Shown here piece by piece: positions 18,521 through 28,926 of a stretch of 64,000 bases of DNA. The DNA is from Isosphaeraceae bacterium (GTDB lineage: Bacteria; Planctomycetota; Planctomycetia; Isosphaerales; Isosphaeraceae): NCBI GenBank assembly GCA_965201075.1, contig CBDAVP010000016.1:62001-126000 (forward strand), in the 5' to 3' direction. Below the pieces are notes generated by a model. It made no database searches and had not been told where the DNA came from. It saw nothing but the letters and a program-made list of their open reading frames with translations. The position numbers were made by a program, and so were the translations under genes. Numbering within the stretch: position 1 is the first letter of the stretch; each line of letters opens with the position of its first letter.

Positions 18521-19725
18521 ACGGGGCGGTCCTCCCAGGCCAGGCGGTAAAGCACCTTCAAGGCGTGCTCGGCGATGGCCCGGGTCGCGAGGTCGCCGAC
18601 CTTGATGTCTTCGTGGAGGCGTTCGAGGACGCGGGCGGCCACGGCGTCGCCGACGGCCTCGCGGATCTGGTCGTCGCTGGGTTGGATCAGGACCGCGTCG
18701 GCGTTGAAGGTCGAGCCGGCGTGGTAGCGGCCCTCGACGATCTGACGGAGTTCGTCCAGGCGTCGATGCTCCTGGGGGCCGTAGACGCCTTCGAGCGACA
18801 GGCGCAGAACGGTGCGCATCGGGTCGGGCCGCTCGCTGAACTCGCGAATCCAGTGGCCCGGGCTTCGTCCGGTGACGTCGTGGCGTTCGGCCTTCCAGTG
18901 CAGGTGGCCGATGTCGGCCTCCTGGACGCGCGGGATCGCCCCGGGTTCGTCAATCTCGACGAGGTAGGCCACGCCCCGTCCGGCGTCGGCGAAGCGTTCG
19001 TCCTCGCCGTCCTCGGAGTAGCCCCGCCAGCCGATCGAGTCGCCGACCGAGACGTTGGGGAAGCGCATCGATTCGTGCGTTCCCGGGTAGAAGGTGCGGC
19101 CTTTGTGGCGAAGGGGTTTGTGCCAGTGGCCCAGGGCGAGGTAATCCAGCTTCAAGCGTTCGGCGGCGTCGGCGTCGATGAGGTGGTCGTCGTCGGGCAG
19201 TTGCGGCAGGATTTTCAAGGACCCGTGGGCGACCCCCACGCGGAAGCCGGGATCGTCGGTGGGGGGGTGACCCTCGATCCAGGCGGTGGGGTCGCTCAGG
19301 GATTTTCGGTGCCTCAAGGGACAGGGGAACAGGGTGACGTTGGCGCCGGGGACCTGGACCGGGATTGACTCGCGCAGGAGGTGGAGTCGGGGGGTTTCCT
19401 GCTGGCGTTGCCAGGGGTCGCGCTCCCAGAGGCACCCGGGCGAGAGAGGATCGTGATTGCCGGGGAGGACGTAGACCGGGCCGGGCCAGCTTGTGCCGTT
19501 GAGGATCGGGAAAACGCGGCTGACCAGCTCGGTCGGGACGCTGTGGTCGTCGAACAGGTCGCCAGCCAGCAGGATGAACTGGGCGCCGAAGTCCTTCGCG
19601 GCCTGCTTCAGGTTACCCAGGGCCACGAAGCGGGCCTCGGCGATCTGGTTGGCGGCGGTCCTTTCGAACCGCGAGAGCCGCAGGCCCAGGTGGAGGTCGG
19701 CGGCGTGGACGAACCGGACGGGCAT
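18517..19725 (-). CDS. Mre11/SbcD-like metallophosphoesterase nuclease (YhaO/SbcF-like)
   Basis: Motifs HAADLHLG, AGDLFD, PGNHD, AHGS, YLALGHWH and YPGTHE. Its stop overlaps the ATPase start (ATGA). Confidence 0.9.
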   Translation of the reverse strand: MPVRFVHAADLHLGLRLSRFERTAANQIAEARFVALGNLKQAAKDFGAQFILLAGDLFDDHSVPTELVSRVFPILNGTSWPGPVYVLPGNHDPLSPGCLWERDPWQRQQETPRLHLLRESIPVQVPGANVTLFPCPLRHRKSLSDPTAWIEGHPPTDDPGFRVGVAHGSLKILPQLPDDDHLIDADAAERLKLDYLALGHWHKPLRHKGRTFYPGTHESMRFPNVSVGDSIGWRGYSEDGEDERFADAGRGVAYLVEIDEPGAIPRVQEADIGHLHWKAERHDVTGRSPGHWIREFSERPDPMRTVLRLSLEGVYGPQEHRRLDELRQIVEGRYHAGSTFNADAVLIQPSDDQIREAVGDAVAARVLERLHEDIKVGDLATRAIAEHALKVLYRLAWEDRPV

Positions 19726-19846
19726 GGGCGGGCGGTCCCGGGCGGCGGCGCTTGGTGCCTGCGTGGTGTTCTGCACGGATGGCCAGGTCAGGCCGGGCGT
19801 CATCTTGGCCGCCGCCGGGCGTGCCGTCAAGCTCCAATCGGCGGTT

Positions 19847-21070
19847 TCAGGAGGTGAGGGCCGATTCGGGTCCGAAGAACTCGTGGTGGATCTGGTCGCG
19901 AGGGACGCCGGCTTGGACCAGTCCCAGATAGAGACTTCGCAGGAATGGGGCGGGGCCGCAGAGGTAGAAGTCGGAGTCGAGCGGAACTCCGGCGGCTCGC
20001 AGCGAGTTGACGTCGAGGAGCCCGGTCGAGTCGTAATGCACTTGAGGGATGCAGGACTCGGTGGGCCGCCGGTAGTGGACGTGTCGGCGGAAAAGCGGTC
20101 GGTTGACCAGGACCCGATCGACCTCGGCGCCGCAGGCGTGGGCCAGGCTGTTGGCGGCGGCGTGGACGAAGTAAACCGGGACGGGGCAGTCGGTTTCGGC
20201 CAGGTGGTTCCAGAGACTGAGCATCGGAGTCACCCCGACACCGCCGCTGAGCAGGACGACCGGCCGGGTGGGCGTGCCCTCTAGCCCGAAGTGGCCGGAG
20301 GGGGCGACCAGTTGCAGGGTGTCGCCCACCTTGATGGCGTCGTGCAGGTGGTTCGAAACGATCCCCGAGCCGTGGCCCGACGCCGCGGGTTCCCTCTTGA
20401 CAGTGATTCGCAGGTAATCGTGCCCTGGGCGATCGGAGAGGCTGTAGTTTCGCCAGCGGCCGGCGTCGGTCAGTTCGGGCAGGTGGACAGTCACGTACTG
20501 GCCGGGTCGGAAGGTCGGGACCGGCTCCCCGTCGGCCGGCTGGAGGTAGAACGAGGTGATGAGGGACGACTCGGGTTGCTTGCGGACGACCCGGAACGGT
20601 CGCAAACCGTCCCATCCGCCGGTTTGCGCGGCCTTCTCGGCGTACAATTCCCGCTCTCGGGCGATGAAGATTCCCGCCAGGAAGTTGTACGCCTCGAACC
20701 AGGCGCGGGCGACCTCCGGAGTCACGGCGGCTCCCAGGATGTCGACGACCGCCGCGAGCAGGTGGCCGCCGACGATCGGGTAATGCTCGGGGCGGATCTG
20801 GAGAGCGACATGCTTCTGGGCGATCCGCTCTACGGCCGGTCCCAGCGCTCCGAGGTTGTCGATGTTTGCTCCGTAGGCCGCCAACGCCTCGGCCAGGGAG
20901 CGGATCTGGCGGTCCTCGGTCATGTGCGCGGGATTGAAGAAAGGGGCCACCTCGGGATTGGCCGCGAACATTCGCTCATACATCCGACGAATGATCGCCG
21001 GGGCGTGGGCCCCCACCAACGGGGCGGTGGCCTTGATCGTTGCGATGGTCTCAGCACTCAAGCCGTTCAT
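19847..21070 (-). CDS. hmp: Flavohemoglobin (nitric oxide dioxygenase)
   Basis: Globin domain (YERMF..NPEV...FN, RIAQKH...IRPEHYPIVG), FAD domain (FRPGQY, RNYSLS, ITVKRE) and NAD domain (SGGVGVTPM, FYLCGP, HHEFFGP). Confidence 0.95.
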   Translation of the reverse strand: MNGLSAETIATIKATAPLVGAHAPAIIRRMYERMFAANPEVAPFFNPAHMTEDRQIRSLAEALAAYGANIDNLGALGPAVERIAQKHVALQIRPEHYPIVGGHLLAAVVDILGAAVTPEVARAWFEAYNFLAGIFIARERELYAEKAAQTGGWDGLRPFRVVRKQPESSLITSFYLQPADGEPVPTFRPGQYVTVHLPELTDAGRWRNYSLSDRPGHDYLRITVKREPAASGHGSGIVSNHLHDAIKVGDTLQLVAPSGHFGLEGTPTRPVVLLSGGVGVTPMLSLWNHLAETDCPVPVYFVHAAANSLAHACGAEVDRVLVNRPLFRRHVHYRRPTESCIPQVHYDSTGLLDVNSLRAAGVPLDSDFYLCGPAPFLRSLYLGLVQAGVPRDQIHHEFFGPESALTS

Positions 21071-21154
21071 CAGAAACCCTCCAGGACCAGGCCACCCGCC
21101 AGTCGACGGGGAAAAGTGGTAAACTCGATACTGGATTCTACGCGACGGCGAGAA

Positions 21155-21177
21155 AAGAAGCAACAAGGATACTTCTT
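21155..21177. promoter_or_regulatory. NsrR operator, 23-bp imperfect palindrome
   Basis: AAGAAGCAACAAGGATACTTCTT fits the 11-1-11 AAGATGCA...TGCATCTT NsrR architecture and lies between divergent hmp and nsrR. A weaker copy is at 21114-21136. Confidence 0.75.
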
Positions 21178-21606
21178 ATGCGGTTGACCCAGCACACCGA
21201 CTATGCCTTGCGGATGATGATGTACCTGGCCTTGCACCCGGGGCGGCCGGTGCCGGTGAGGGAGATGGCGGGGGCGTTTGGGTTGTCGGAGCATCATCTG
21301 GACAAGGTGAGCCAGACCTTGACGGCGGCGGGCCTGGTGGATGCGGTGCGGGGACGGAACGGGGGGATTCGGCTGAGCGGGGAGCCGGAGGACGTGAATG
21401 TGGGGTCGGTGGTTCGGGCGACGGAGCCGGATTTTCGGATCGTGGAGTGTTTCGACCCCGCGACCAATGCTTGCCGGATAACCCCAGCGTGTGGGCTGCG
21501 CGGGGCGCTGGATCGGGCGTTGCGGGCGTTCTTGAATGAGCTGGACGGTGTGACCTTGGCGGATTTGGTGACCGAACGGGTGGAGCTACTCCAGCTTCTG
21601 GCGTGA
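21178..21606 (+). CDS. nsrR: NO-sensing Rrf2 repressor NsrR
   Basis: MRLTQHTDYALR, RGRNGGIRL and three Fe-S Cys (VECF...NACRITPACGL); divergent from hmp. Confidence 0.92.
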   Translation: MRLTQHTDYALRMMMYLALHPGRPVPVREMAGAFGLSEHHLDKVSQTLTAAGLVDAVRGRNGGIRLSGEPEDVNVGSVVRATEPDFRIVECFDPATNACRITPACGLRGALDRALRAFLNELDGVTLADLVTERVELLQLLA

Positions 21607-21662
21607 GGGTTGGTGCCGATGACGCTGCCCAATGGCGGGGTCGTGAGGTAGAATTGAGGGAG

Positions 21663-22277
21663 ATGCGTATCTTGATCGACGGCTACAACCTGATGCACGC
21701 CATCGGCCTGATGCCGCCGAGCTTTGGCCCGGATGGGTTCCGTCGCGCCCGCAAGCGGTTCCTCAATGATCTGGCCGCGGGGTTGGACCCGGTGGACGCT
21801 CATCAGACGACCGTGGTGTTCGACGCCGCCCACCCTCCGCCCGACCGGCCGGACCGTGAGCGTCATAAGGGCTTGACGGTTCTTTATGCCGTGAACGATG
21901 AGGATGCCGACGCTCGTCTGGAAATCCTGATCGCCAAGCATTCGTCGCCAAAGCAGTTGACGGTGGTTTCGTCGGATCGACGGGTGCGCGACGCGGCGAA
22001 ACGACGGCGGGCCTTGACTTTGACGTCCGACGAGTTCTGGGAACGGGTGCGGCGCCCCCGCAAGGTTTCCGCGTCTCCTCCGAAGCCCTCGGCCGAGGAG
22101 CGAGGGCGCCGGGAAGGGCCCTCGGCTGCGGAGTCGAGGTTCTGGCAGGAGACGTTCGGGGCGCTCGACCAGGCCCCTGAGATGCGCGAGGCTCTGGCCG
22201 AGCCGTCGAGCGAGTTTCTGCCCTCCGATGAGGAGATCGCCCGGATCGAGCGGGAGGTCGAGCGGGAATCGGGTTGA
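21663..22277 (+). CDS. NYN-domain (YacP/Rae1-like) ribonuclease
   Basis: MRILIDGYNLMH, VVFDA, DADA and LTVVSSDR acidic PIN-like motifs. Confidence 0.85.
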   Translation: MRILIDGYNLMHAIGLMPPSFGPDGFRRARKRFLNDLAAGLDPVDAHQTTVVFDAAHPPPDRPDRERHKGLTVLYAVNDEDADARLEILIAKHSSPKQLTVVSSDRRVRDAAKRRRALTLTSDEFWERVRRPRKVSASPPKPSAEERGRREGPSAAESRFWQETFGALDQAPEMREALAEPSSEFLPSDEEIARIEREVERESG

Positions 22278-22304
22278 GGTTGAGCCTGGGTCGGCCCTCC
22301 GGAT

Positions 22305-25300
22305 TCATTTCCGGAGGTTCATCAGCGGGCCTTCGAGGTCGCCGGGGGTGTTGGCCCTGGCGGTGATCTTGCCGGACGAGTCGAGGATCCAGTAGGCGGG
22401 GACGCTCGACACTCCGGTCCCGGCGTTGGCCCCGAGCCTGCCCTGACACCAGGGGAGCTTGAAGGTTTTGAGGGCCGACCTCCAGGCCTCGGCATCGTCG
22501 TCGAGCGACAGGCTGAGGACTTCTAAACCCATGGGGGCGAACTTCTCATACATCCCCTGAAGTGCGGGGATTTGCTGTTTGCAGGGTCCGCACCAGCTTG
22601 CCCAGAACTGCACGACCAGGGGGTGGCCACGGTGATTGGCGAGCGAGTCGTCGGGGCCGTTTGGTTGCTGGAATAGCAAGGCGGGCGTGTCGCCGACCGA
22701 GGGGGCGGGTGCGACCGTGGCGGGGATTTCGGGCAGCGCCAACTCCCCTCGGGTCTCGTCGTCGGCAGTTATGGTCACTTGCGTCGACGTATGTGCGAGG
22801 GGATCGACCAGGCAGCCTTCGGGCTTCGCGTAGATCTGAATCGCCAGGTCGTATTCGCCGGCCGGGACGCCGCTGATGCGGAAGGAGCCGTCGGGAGCCA
22901 GCTTCACGAACCAGTAGTGGAGGGTTTCCCGGTAGACGAGGCCCTCGACCGTTTTGGTCCAGAGTTCCTGCCAACCTCGGCGGATGTCAAACTCCGGGCC
23001 ACCGACCCCGGGAGGTGGCGTGATGCCCGGCTCTCGACGGACGAGGTAGTTGAGCGAATAGGTGCAATTGAGCCCATCGGGCACGTTTCCCTTCAACGCG
23101 ACCTTCCCCGACACGATCGCGCCTCCTCCTCCGAGTTCGAGGGCGATCGCCTGGCCGGGTTGGAGGTCGATCGGCACTGAAGGGCCGGAGCGAAATCCTT
23201 CGTCCTGCCAGGGGCCGAGCAAGGTCTGGACCGCGATGGGCCCCGGCGGAACCTTATCGAAGGCGAATCGGCCGTCCGCGTCGGTGACGACCTGCTGTTC
23301 GTCCTGGACCCTCGGACGGGCGGGCCCGCCGGCGCGGATGGGTTGCAGCAGGAGGGTCGCCTCACGCACGGGCCGTCCACCGTCGCGAAACTGGCCATGG
23401 ACCGAGGCCCAGGACCTGAGTTGGAGGGCGCCGGCTTCGGGCGGGTTGGCCGGCCGCTCGGCGAAAGCAAACCCCTGGTCGCCGCGAGCGATTAGGTCAT
23501 AGGGCTCGCCGGGGTCGGGGAACGCGAATCGTCCCGCCGCGTCCGTGGAGGTTCGCTGGTTTCCCCAGTCGGAGGAGAACTCGGCCTGCTGCGTGGGAGT
23601 CGCCAAAACGACCTCGACGCCCGCCGACGGTTGGCCGTTGATGCCGAGAATCGTTCCGACTCTGGGCGGGCTGGGTAGGAGCTGGAAATTCTGGATTCGG
23701 TTGGAGTCGTCCCCGACGCGGAATGCCGGACCGTCCTGAGAGCGATAGCCCGTCGCCTCGATCCGGAGACGCTGCCCGATGTCGTTGCGATGGGCCAGGT
23801 AGTCGAGCCGGCCGTCGCGGTAGGGCACGCTGTTGCCTCGCTGGGTGCTCAACGACCCGTTACGGAAGACGTTGACGGGGATCACGGTGAAGGCCGGGAT
23901 CGGCCGGCCCGTCGTCGCGTCGGTCACTCGGCCGTTGAGGCGATGCTCGGGCTTGAGGACGACGGTTCGGTCGGGGTCGCCGCCCCGGACCTCCAGGGCG
24001 ACGGGGGAGCAGCTTTTCCCGTAGACCTCGAGTTTCACCGGGGAGTTCGGGGCCCATGTCCATTCCCACAGGCCGTCGGCGTCCGCGACGCGCGGGATCT
24101 TGGTGTTGTGCACCTTGGAATGGTCATGGTTGTGAAGGGCCTTGGCCCCCTCCCATTCTCTGACGTCAATTGTGGCCTGGCGGATCGGTTTTCCTGCCGG
24201 GTCGACCATTCGCAACCGGACCGGCTTGCCCGGGGCCATCCGGAAATCCTGAGGCGGCAGGCCGACCTTCGGGTCGATACGGCGAACCTGCGGGGCCCAG
24301 CCGGGGGCGATGACCGTCAAGGTCGTTGGCGACGGAGGCAAGGCCGGTAGCCGGAAGTGGCCATCAGTGTCCACGGGGAAATCGCACTGGGTGCTGGCGA
24401 AGTAGGGGTCGTCGCCGTGGATGACCAGCGCGTCCTTGAGCGGGCCACCAGTGGGGTCCGTCACGGTCCCTCGAACGATCACGCCGGGCTTCAGTTTGAG
24501 CGTGGCGGTCCCCGCCCGGAGCATGGCGGTCGTAACTCCGGCGGCGTTCTGGGATTGTTGCCAGTTCTCGTCGCAGTGGTAGTCCGGGTGAGTTACCAGC
24601 AGAATCAACTTCAATGTGGGTTGATCCGGGACGTTGTCGATGTTCCAACGCCCCTGGGCATCGGTGGTCGCTCCGCCGCTACTCTCGGTCAGCGAGCCGC
24701 TGTAGCTCGCATGACTCTCGCCGCCGGCGGGGATCGCCTCGCCGGACAGGTTGACCTGGACCCTGGCGCCGGCGATCGGGTTGCCCTGCTCGTCGCCGAC
24801 CCGGCCCCCGGCCGAGGTGGCGGCTTCCAGATGGAAGGTGTACTCGGCCGGGACAGTACCGCCGGCGGCCAACTCGTCCTGTTCCCAGTGGGCGAACATC
24901 GAGACGTAGGGCGACTGGGAGGCCCAGAGCCGGAGGATGGTGAAGGTCGCCGGCAGGCCCACCTGGGTGGACCCGTTGGCGTCGGCCTTGTAGTCACGCT
25001 TCGTTTGGAAGTCTTTCTCATCGGTCCAGATGCTGGCATGGATCTTGGCGCCCGGCACTGGCTTGCCGCGGGGATCGAGGACCACGACTCGCACCGATCG
25101 GGCCGAGGCCGGCGGTTTGGCCACGGGTGGGGTAGCCGGTTTCGGCGGGGCGACCGACACGGGCGCGCTGTTGGCGGGGGGCTCGGCCCGGAGCTGGTAG
25201 AGGCTGAACCCCGCCGCCCCGAGGAGGAAGGTTGCCGCGAGGCCCAGGGTTAGCTTCAGGCGAATCATGGACAAGCTCCTCGTCATTCCGAGCGCCAGGG

Positions 25301-26063
25301 CGAGGGAAGTCGCCGGGACCGCCCCGGACTTCACTGTTCCACCCGCCACCAACCGGCCCGCGGCGGAAAGTGTCGCGTCACGCAAAGCCGCTGGGACAGC
25401 CTCCGCGGATTTCGCTGCCGCGGCGGTCGCCCAGGCCGCGATCGCGGGGGCGAGTCCTCGGCGGTCCAGTCGCGAGCGTAGGAGACTTCGCGCCCGGGCG
25501 AGCCGTCCCTGAACGGTCCCGACCGGCCATTCGAGTTGCCGCGCCACCGCCCCGAGGGCGAGGCCTTCGAGATGGAAGAGGATGACCGGGGCCCGGTACT
25601 TTTCCGGCAGTTTGCCAATCTCCTGGTGAAGCACGGGGCCGAGATCGTCCCCTTCCCCCTCCGACCTGCCGGTGATGGCGTCCCTGGCCACGGCGGCTCG
25701 CCGCTCGTGACCTCGACGCCGCGCCGCGGACTTGCGGGCGTCGGCCGCGACTCGCAGGGCGACCCCGTGGAGCCAACTGCCGGCCGAGCCGCGGCCCCGG
25801 ATTGCTCCAGCCCGCATCGCCAGCACGAGGAACGTGGCCTGGAAGGCGTCGTCGACATCGGCCGGGTCGCGGAGCACGCCGCGGCACACTCTCAGGACCA
25901 TGGGCCCATGCCGTTCCACCAGGGCCGCGAAGGCCCAACCGGACGCCTCGGCCCCGTCGAGGTAGTGGTCAAGCAACTGGGCGTCCGCTAGGGACCCCGC
26001 CGAGCCCCGTTCGAGCAGCGTTTGAAGCTGCCGGATGGCTGGTCCCGAAACCCCTTCCGCCAT
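22305..26063 (-). CDS. ECF sigma factor with TM helix, tandem carboxypeptidase-regulatory-like repeats and a C-terminal TlpA/thioredoxin domain
   Basis: 1252 aa. [11 protein letters not shown]...[11 protein letters not shown], region 4 [32 protein letters not shown], about 8 GxVxDxxGxP repeats and FWASWCGPC. Confidence 0.9.
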   Translation of the reverse strand: MAEGVSGPAIRQLQTLLERGSAGSLADAQLLDHYLDGAEASGWAFAALVERHGPMVLRVCRGVLRDPADVDDAFQATFLVLAMRAGAIRGRGSAGSWLHGVALRVAADARKSAARRRGHERRAAVARDAITGRSEGEGDDLGPVLHQEIGKLPEKYRAPVILFHLEGLALGAVARQLEWPVGTVQGRLARARSLLRSRLDRRGLAPAIAAWATAAAAKSAEAVPAALRDATLSAAGRLVAGGTVKSGAVPATSLALALGMTRSLSMIRLKLTLGLAATFLLGAAGFSLYQLRAEPPANSAPVSVAPPKPATPPVAKPPASARSVRVVVLDPRGKPVPGAKIHASIWTDEKDFQTKRDYKADANGSTQVGLPATFTILRLWASQSPYVSMFAHWEQDELAAGGTVPAEYTFHLEAATSAGGRVGDEQGNPIAGARVQVNLSGEAIPAGGESHASYSGSLTESSGGATTDAQGRWNIDNVPDQPTLKLILLVTHPDYHCDENWQQSQNAAGVTTAMLRAGTATLKLKPGVIVRGTVTDPTGGPLKDALVIHGDDPYFASTQCDFPVDTDGHFRLPALPPSPTTLTVIAPGWAPQVRRIDPKVGLPPQDFRMAPGKPVRLRMVDPAGKPIRQATIDVREWEGAKALHNHDHSKVHNTKIPRVADADGLWEWTWAPNSPVKLEVYGKSCSPVALEVRGGDPDRTVVLKPEHRLNGRVTDATTGRPIPAFTVIPVNVFRNGSLSTQRGNSVPYRDGRLDYLAHRNDIGQRLRIEATGYRSQDGPAFRVGDDSNRIQNFQLLPSPPRVGTILGINGQPSAGVEVVLATPTQQAEFSSDWGNQRTSTDAAGRFAFPDPGEPYDLIARGDQGFAFAERPANPPEAGALQLRSWASVHGQFRDGGRPVREATLLLQPIRAGGPARPRVQDEQQVVTDADGRFAFDKVPPGPIAVQTLLGPWQDEGFRSGPSVPIDLQPGQAIALELGGGGAIVSGKVALKGNVPDGLNCTYSLNYLVRREPGITPPPGVGGPEFDIRRGWQELWTKTVEGLVYRETLHYWFVKLAPDGSFRISGVPAGEYDLAIQIYAKPEGCLVDPLAHTSTQVTITADDETRGELALPEIPATVAPAPSVGDTPALLFQQPNGPDDSLANHRGHPLVVQFWASWCGPCKQQIPALQGMYEKFAPMGLEVLSLSLDDDAEAWRSALKTFKLPWCQGRLGANAGTGVSSVPAYWILDSSGKITARANTPGDLEGPLMNLRK

Positions 26064-26101
26064 GCCCCCGCGCCCCCAATCGCCGTGTGGGTTTCCCTGT
26101 A

Positions 26102-26128
26102 GTGGACGGCGAGGGGCCAGGTGTTACA
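26102..26128 (-). promoter_or_regulatory. Candidate autoregulatory ECF promoter (TGTAAC...GTCCAC)
   Basis: Minus strand AAAAATT...TGTAACACCTGGCCCCTCGCCGTCCAC, about 40 nt upstream of the ECF start. Confidence 0.35.
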
Positions 26129-26287
26129 ACTTCGCGGAGGAATTTTTCCTTGCCGGGCGGGCCGATGCCGACGGCTCGGGGATGGCGGTCCGAGGGTTCA
26201 CCTTCGGTTCCCGGGGGTGGAAGCGTCCCGTGCGGGTGTGGTACAACCGTGGCGAATGGGCAAGATGGGCCGGGGGGCGGGTCGATC

Positions 26288-27535
26288 ATGAAGGTGCATG
26301 AGTACCAGGCGAAGGAACTCCTTCGAGCGGCCGGAGTTGCGGTTCCCGAAGGGATCGTCGCTCGGACCCCGGACGAGGCCGCCGAGGCGTTTGATCGGCT
26401 GGGCGTTCCCGTGGTCGTGGTGAAAGCCCAGGTCCATGCCGGCGGTCGCGGCAAGGGGATCGCCGTGGGGCCCGAGGCGGACCGCGCCGAGGCGCTGGAG
26501 ATTGCCAGCGGCCGGAAGCCCCGTCCGGAGGGTGCGGCTCGGGGCGTCCAACTGGTCAAGTCCCGCGAGGAAGCTCGCAAGGCCGCCGAGAGCTTGCTGG
26601 GCAAGGTCCTGGTGACGTACCAGACCGGCGCCGAGGGGCAGGCGATCCGTCAGGTGCTCGTCACCACGGGCGAGACGATTTCCCGGGAGCTTTACCTGGG
26701 TCTGGCGGTTGACCGGGAGTTGCAGTGCCCGGTGTTGATGGCCTCGACCGAGGGGGGCGTGGAGATCGAGACAGTCGCCCACGAGCATCCCGAGAAGATT
26801 CACCGAGAGCCGATCGACGTTGGCGCGGGGTTGCTGGATTTCCAGGCCCGCAAGGTCGCCCATGCTTTGGAATTGAAGGGGGAGAGTGCTCGCAAGGGGG
26901 CGGCGTTCCTTCAGGCGTTCGTCAAGATGTTCCTGGCCACCGATGCGTCATTGGCCGAAATCAACCCGCTGATCGTCACCGAGTCGGGCGATGTCCTGGC
27001 TTTGGATTGTAAGTTGAACTTTGACGATAACGCGATGTTTCGCCACAAGGACATCGCGGCCCTGCTGGACCCGGCCGAGGAAGATCCCGACGAGCTTCGG
27101 GCGGGCAAGAGCGGGTTGAGCTATGTCAGTCTGGATGGCGACATCGCCTGTTTGGTGAATGGCGCCGGGCTGGCGATGAGCACGATGGACATCATCAAGC
27201 ACCATGGTGGCGAGCCGGCCAACTTCCTGGACATCGGCGGCGGGGCGAACAAGGACCAGGTTGTCGAGGCGTTTCGGATCTTGCTGGGGACGCCCAAGGT
27301 CAAGGCGGTGCTGGTGAATATCTTCGGTGGCATTCAGCGCTGCGACAATGTCGCCCAGGCGTTGCTGGATGCTTACCAGGAGATCGAGATCAAGATCCCG
27401 GTGGTCGTCCGCCTGGAGGGGACCAACGTCGCCGAGGGGAAGCGCCTGCTGGACGAGAGCGGGCGGAAGATTCTGACCGCGACGGGGCTGACCGAGGCGG
27501 CGCAAAAGGTTGTCGCGGCGGCGAAGGGTTCGTAA
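26288..27535 (+). CDS. sucC: Succinyl-CoA ligase beta subunit
   Basis: [53 protein letters not shown] and VRLEGTN. Confidence 0.97.
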   Translation: MKVHEYQAKELLRAAGVAVPEGIVARTPDEAAEAFDRLGVPVVVVKAQVHAGGRGKGIAVGPEADRAEALEIASGRKPRPEGAARGVQLVKSREEARKAAESLLGKVLVTYQTGAEGQAIRQVLVTTGETISRELYLGLAVDRELQCPVLMASTEGGVEIETVAHEHPEKIHREPIDVGAGLLDFQARKVAHALELKGESARKGAAFLQAFVKMFLATDASLAEINPLIVTESGDVLALDCKLNFDDNAMFRHKDIAALLDPAEEDPDELRAGKSGLSYVSLDGDIACLVNGAGLAMSTMDIIKHHGGEPANFLDIGGGANKDQVVEAFRILLGTPKVKAVLVNIFGGIQRCDNVAQALLDAYQEIEIKIPVVVRLEGTNVAEGKRLLDESGRKILTATGLTEAAQKVVAAAKGS

Positions 27536-27569
27536 TACCCGTGGCAACACGGGTTGCCGAGGAGGGGTT

Positions 27570-28004
27570 GTGGAGCCCAACGCGATGGATCGTGTGGTGA
27601 CCGAGGCGACGATCGAAAGCCTGAAGGATCTTTGGGATGCTCAGCGAGGGATGATTCCCGAGGATCAGGTTCGTCGCGTCAATGTCACTGATGCCCTGGT
27701 CGACAGCGGTGCTACGCTACTCTCGTTGCCAACCCGGATCATCCGCCAGTTGGGATTGGCCCCGGTGAGGGTCCGCAGGGTCGTCAGCAGCAGTGGGGAA
27801 TCCGAGGCGACCATGTATGAGACGGTACGACTCACCATCCAGGGTCGGGATTGCACGATGGACGTCATGGAAGTCCCGGATTCTGTCCCGGTGCTGATCG
27901 GCCAACTACCGCTGGACCACCTGGATTTCGTCATTGACATGAAGAGTCACACGTTGATCGGCAATCCCGCCCACGGTGGCGAGCATATGTACGAGATGTA
28001 TTGA
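27570..28004 (+). CDS. Retropepsin-like (clan AA) aspartic protease
   Basis: [13 protein letters not shown] catalytic motif and [11 protein letters not shown] 27570 follows GAGGAGG; alternative start ATG 27585. Confidence 0.85.
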   Translation: MEPNAMDRVVTEATIESLKDLWDAQRGMIPEDQVRRVNVTDALVDSGATLLSLPTRIIRQLGLAPVRVRRVVSSSGESEATMYETVRLTIQGRDCTMDVMEVPDSVPVLIGQLPLDHLDFVIDMKSHTLIGNPAHGGEHMYEMY

Positions 28005-28044
28005 TCTGGGGCGATGCGGCTCGCGAACCTTCACGGAACTTACC

Positions 28045-28926
28045 ATGAGCATCCTCGTTGACAAGAATACGCGGTTGATTTGCCAGGGGATCACCGGCAA
28101 GGCCGGGGCGTTTCACTCGGAGCAGTGCCGAGGGTATGGCACGACCCTGGTGGGCGGTGTCACCCCGGGGCGCGGCGGCCAGAGGGCTCTGGATCTTCCC
28201 GTCTGGGATACCTGCGAGGAGGCCGTGAAGGCGACCGGGGCCAATGCCACGATGATCTTCGTGCCGCCTCCGGGCGCCGCCGATGCCATTTTGGAGGCGG
28301 CCGACGCGGGGATTCCCTTGATCGTGGCGATCACCGAGGGGATTCCGGTGCTCGACATGGCGAGGGCCGTTGCTTACTTGAAGGCTCATCATCCCAAGAC
28401 GCGGTTGATCGGGCCCAATTGCCCGGGAGTGATTACTCCGGGTCAGTGCAAGATCGGCATCATGCCGGGGTATATCCACAAGCCGGGCCGGGTGGGGTTG
28501 GTCAGTCGGTCGGGGACGTTGACGTACGAGGGGGTCTGGCAGTTGTCGAGTTTGGGCATCGGCCAGAGCACCTGCGTGGGGATCGGTGGCGACCCGATCA
28601 ACGGCACCAGCTTCGTCGACGTGCTGGAGATGTTCGAGGCTGACGATGAGACCGACGCGGTTTTGATGATGGGGGAGATTGGCGGGAACGCCGAGGAGCA
28701 GGCGGCCGAGTTGAAGGCCGCGGGCCGATTCACCAAGCCATTGGCCGCGTTCATCGCCGGTCAGACGGCGCCGCCGGGCAAGCGGATGGGTCACGCCGGC
28801 GCGATTATCTCGGGCGGGTCGGGCAAGGCGTCGGACAAGATCGCGGCGCTGGAGGGGGCTGGGATCAAGGTGGCTCGCAGCCCGGCCGACATGGGGACCA
28901 CGCTCAAAGCGGTCCTGGCCGGATGA
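28045..28926 (+). CDS. sucD: Succinyl-CoA ligase alpha subunit
   Basis: [35 protein letters not shown] and RMGHAGA (phospho-His). Confidence 0.97.
   Translation: MSILVDKNTRLICQGITGKAGAFHSEQCRGYGTTLVGGVTPGRGGQRALDLPVWDTCEEAVKATGANATMIFVPPPGAADAILEAADAGIPLIVAITEGIPVLDMARAVAYLKAHHPKTRLIGPNCPGVITPGQCKIGIMPGYIHKPGRVGLVSRSGTLTYEGVWQLSSLGIGQSTCVGIGGDPINGTSFVDVLEMFEADDETDAVLMMGEIGGNAEEQAAELKAAGRFTKPLAAFIAGQTAPPGKRMGHAGAIISGGSGKASDKIAALEGAGIKVARSPADMGTTLKAVLAG

Noticed and set aside
15779..19725. Wadjet or Lamassu defence system
   Set aside because: No kleisin/KITE/JetD or LmuA/LmuC-like genes; the partner is an Mre11-like nuclease.
21178..22277. nsrR plus NYN nuclease as an NO-regulated RNase operon
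   Set aside because: A TAGAAT -10-like hexamer (21649-21654) lies 8 nt before the NYN start, suggesting its own short-leader promoter; adjacency alone is weak evidence.
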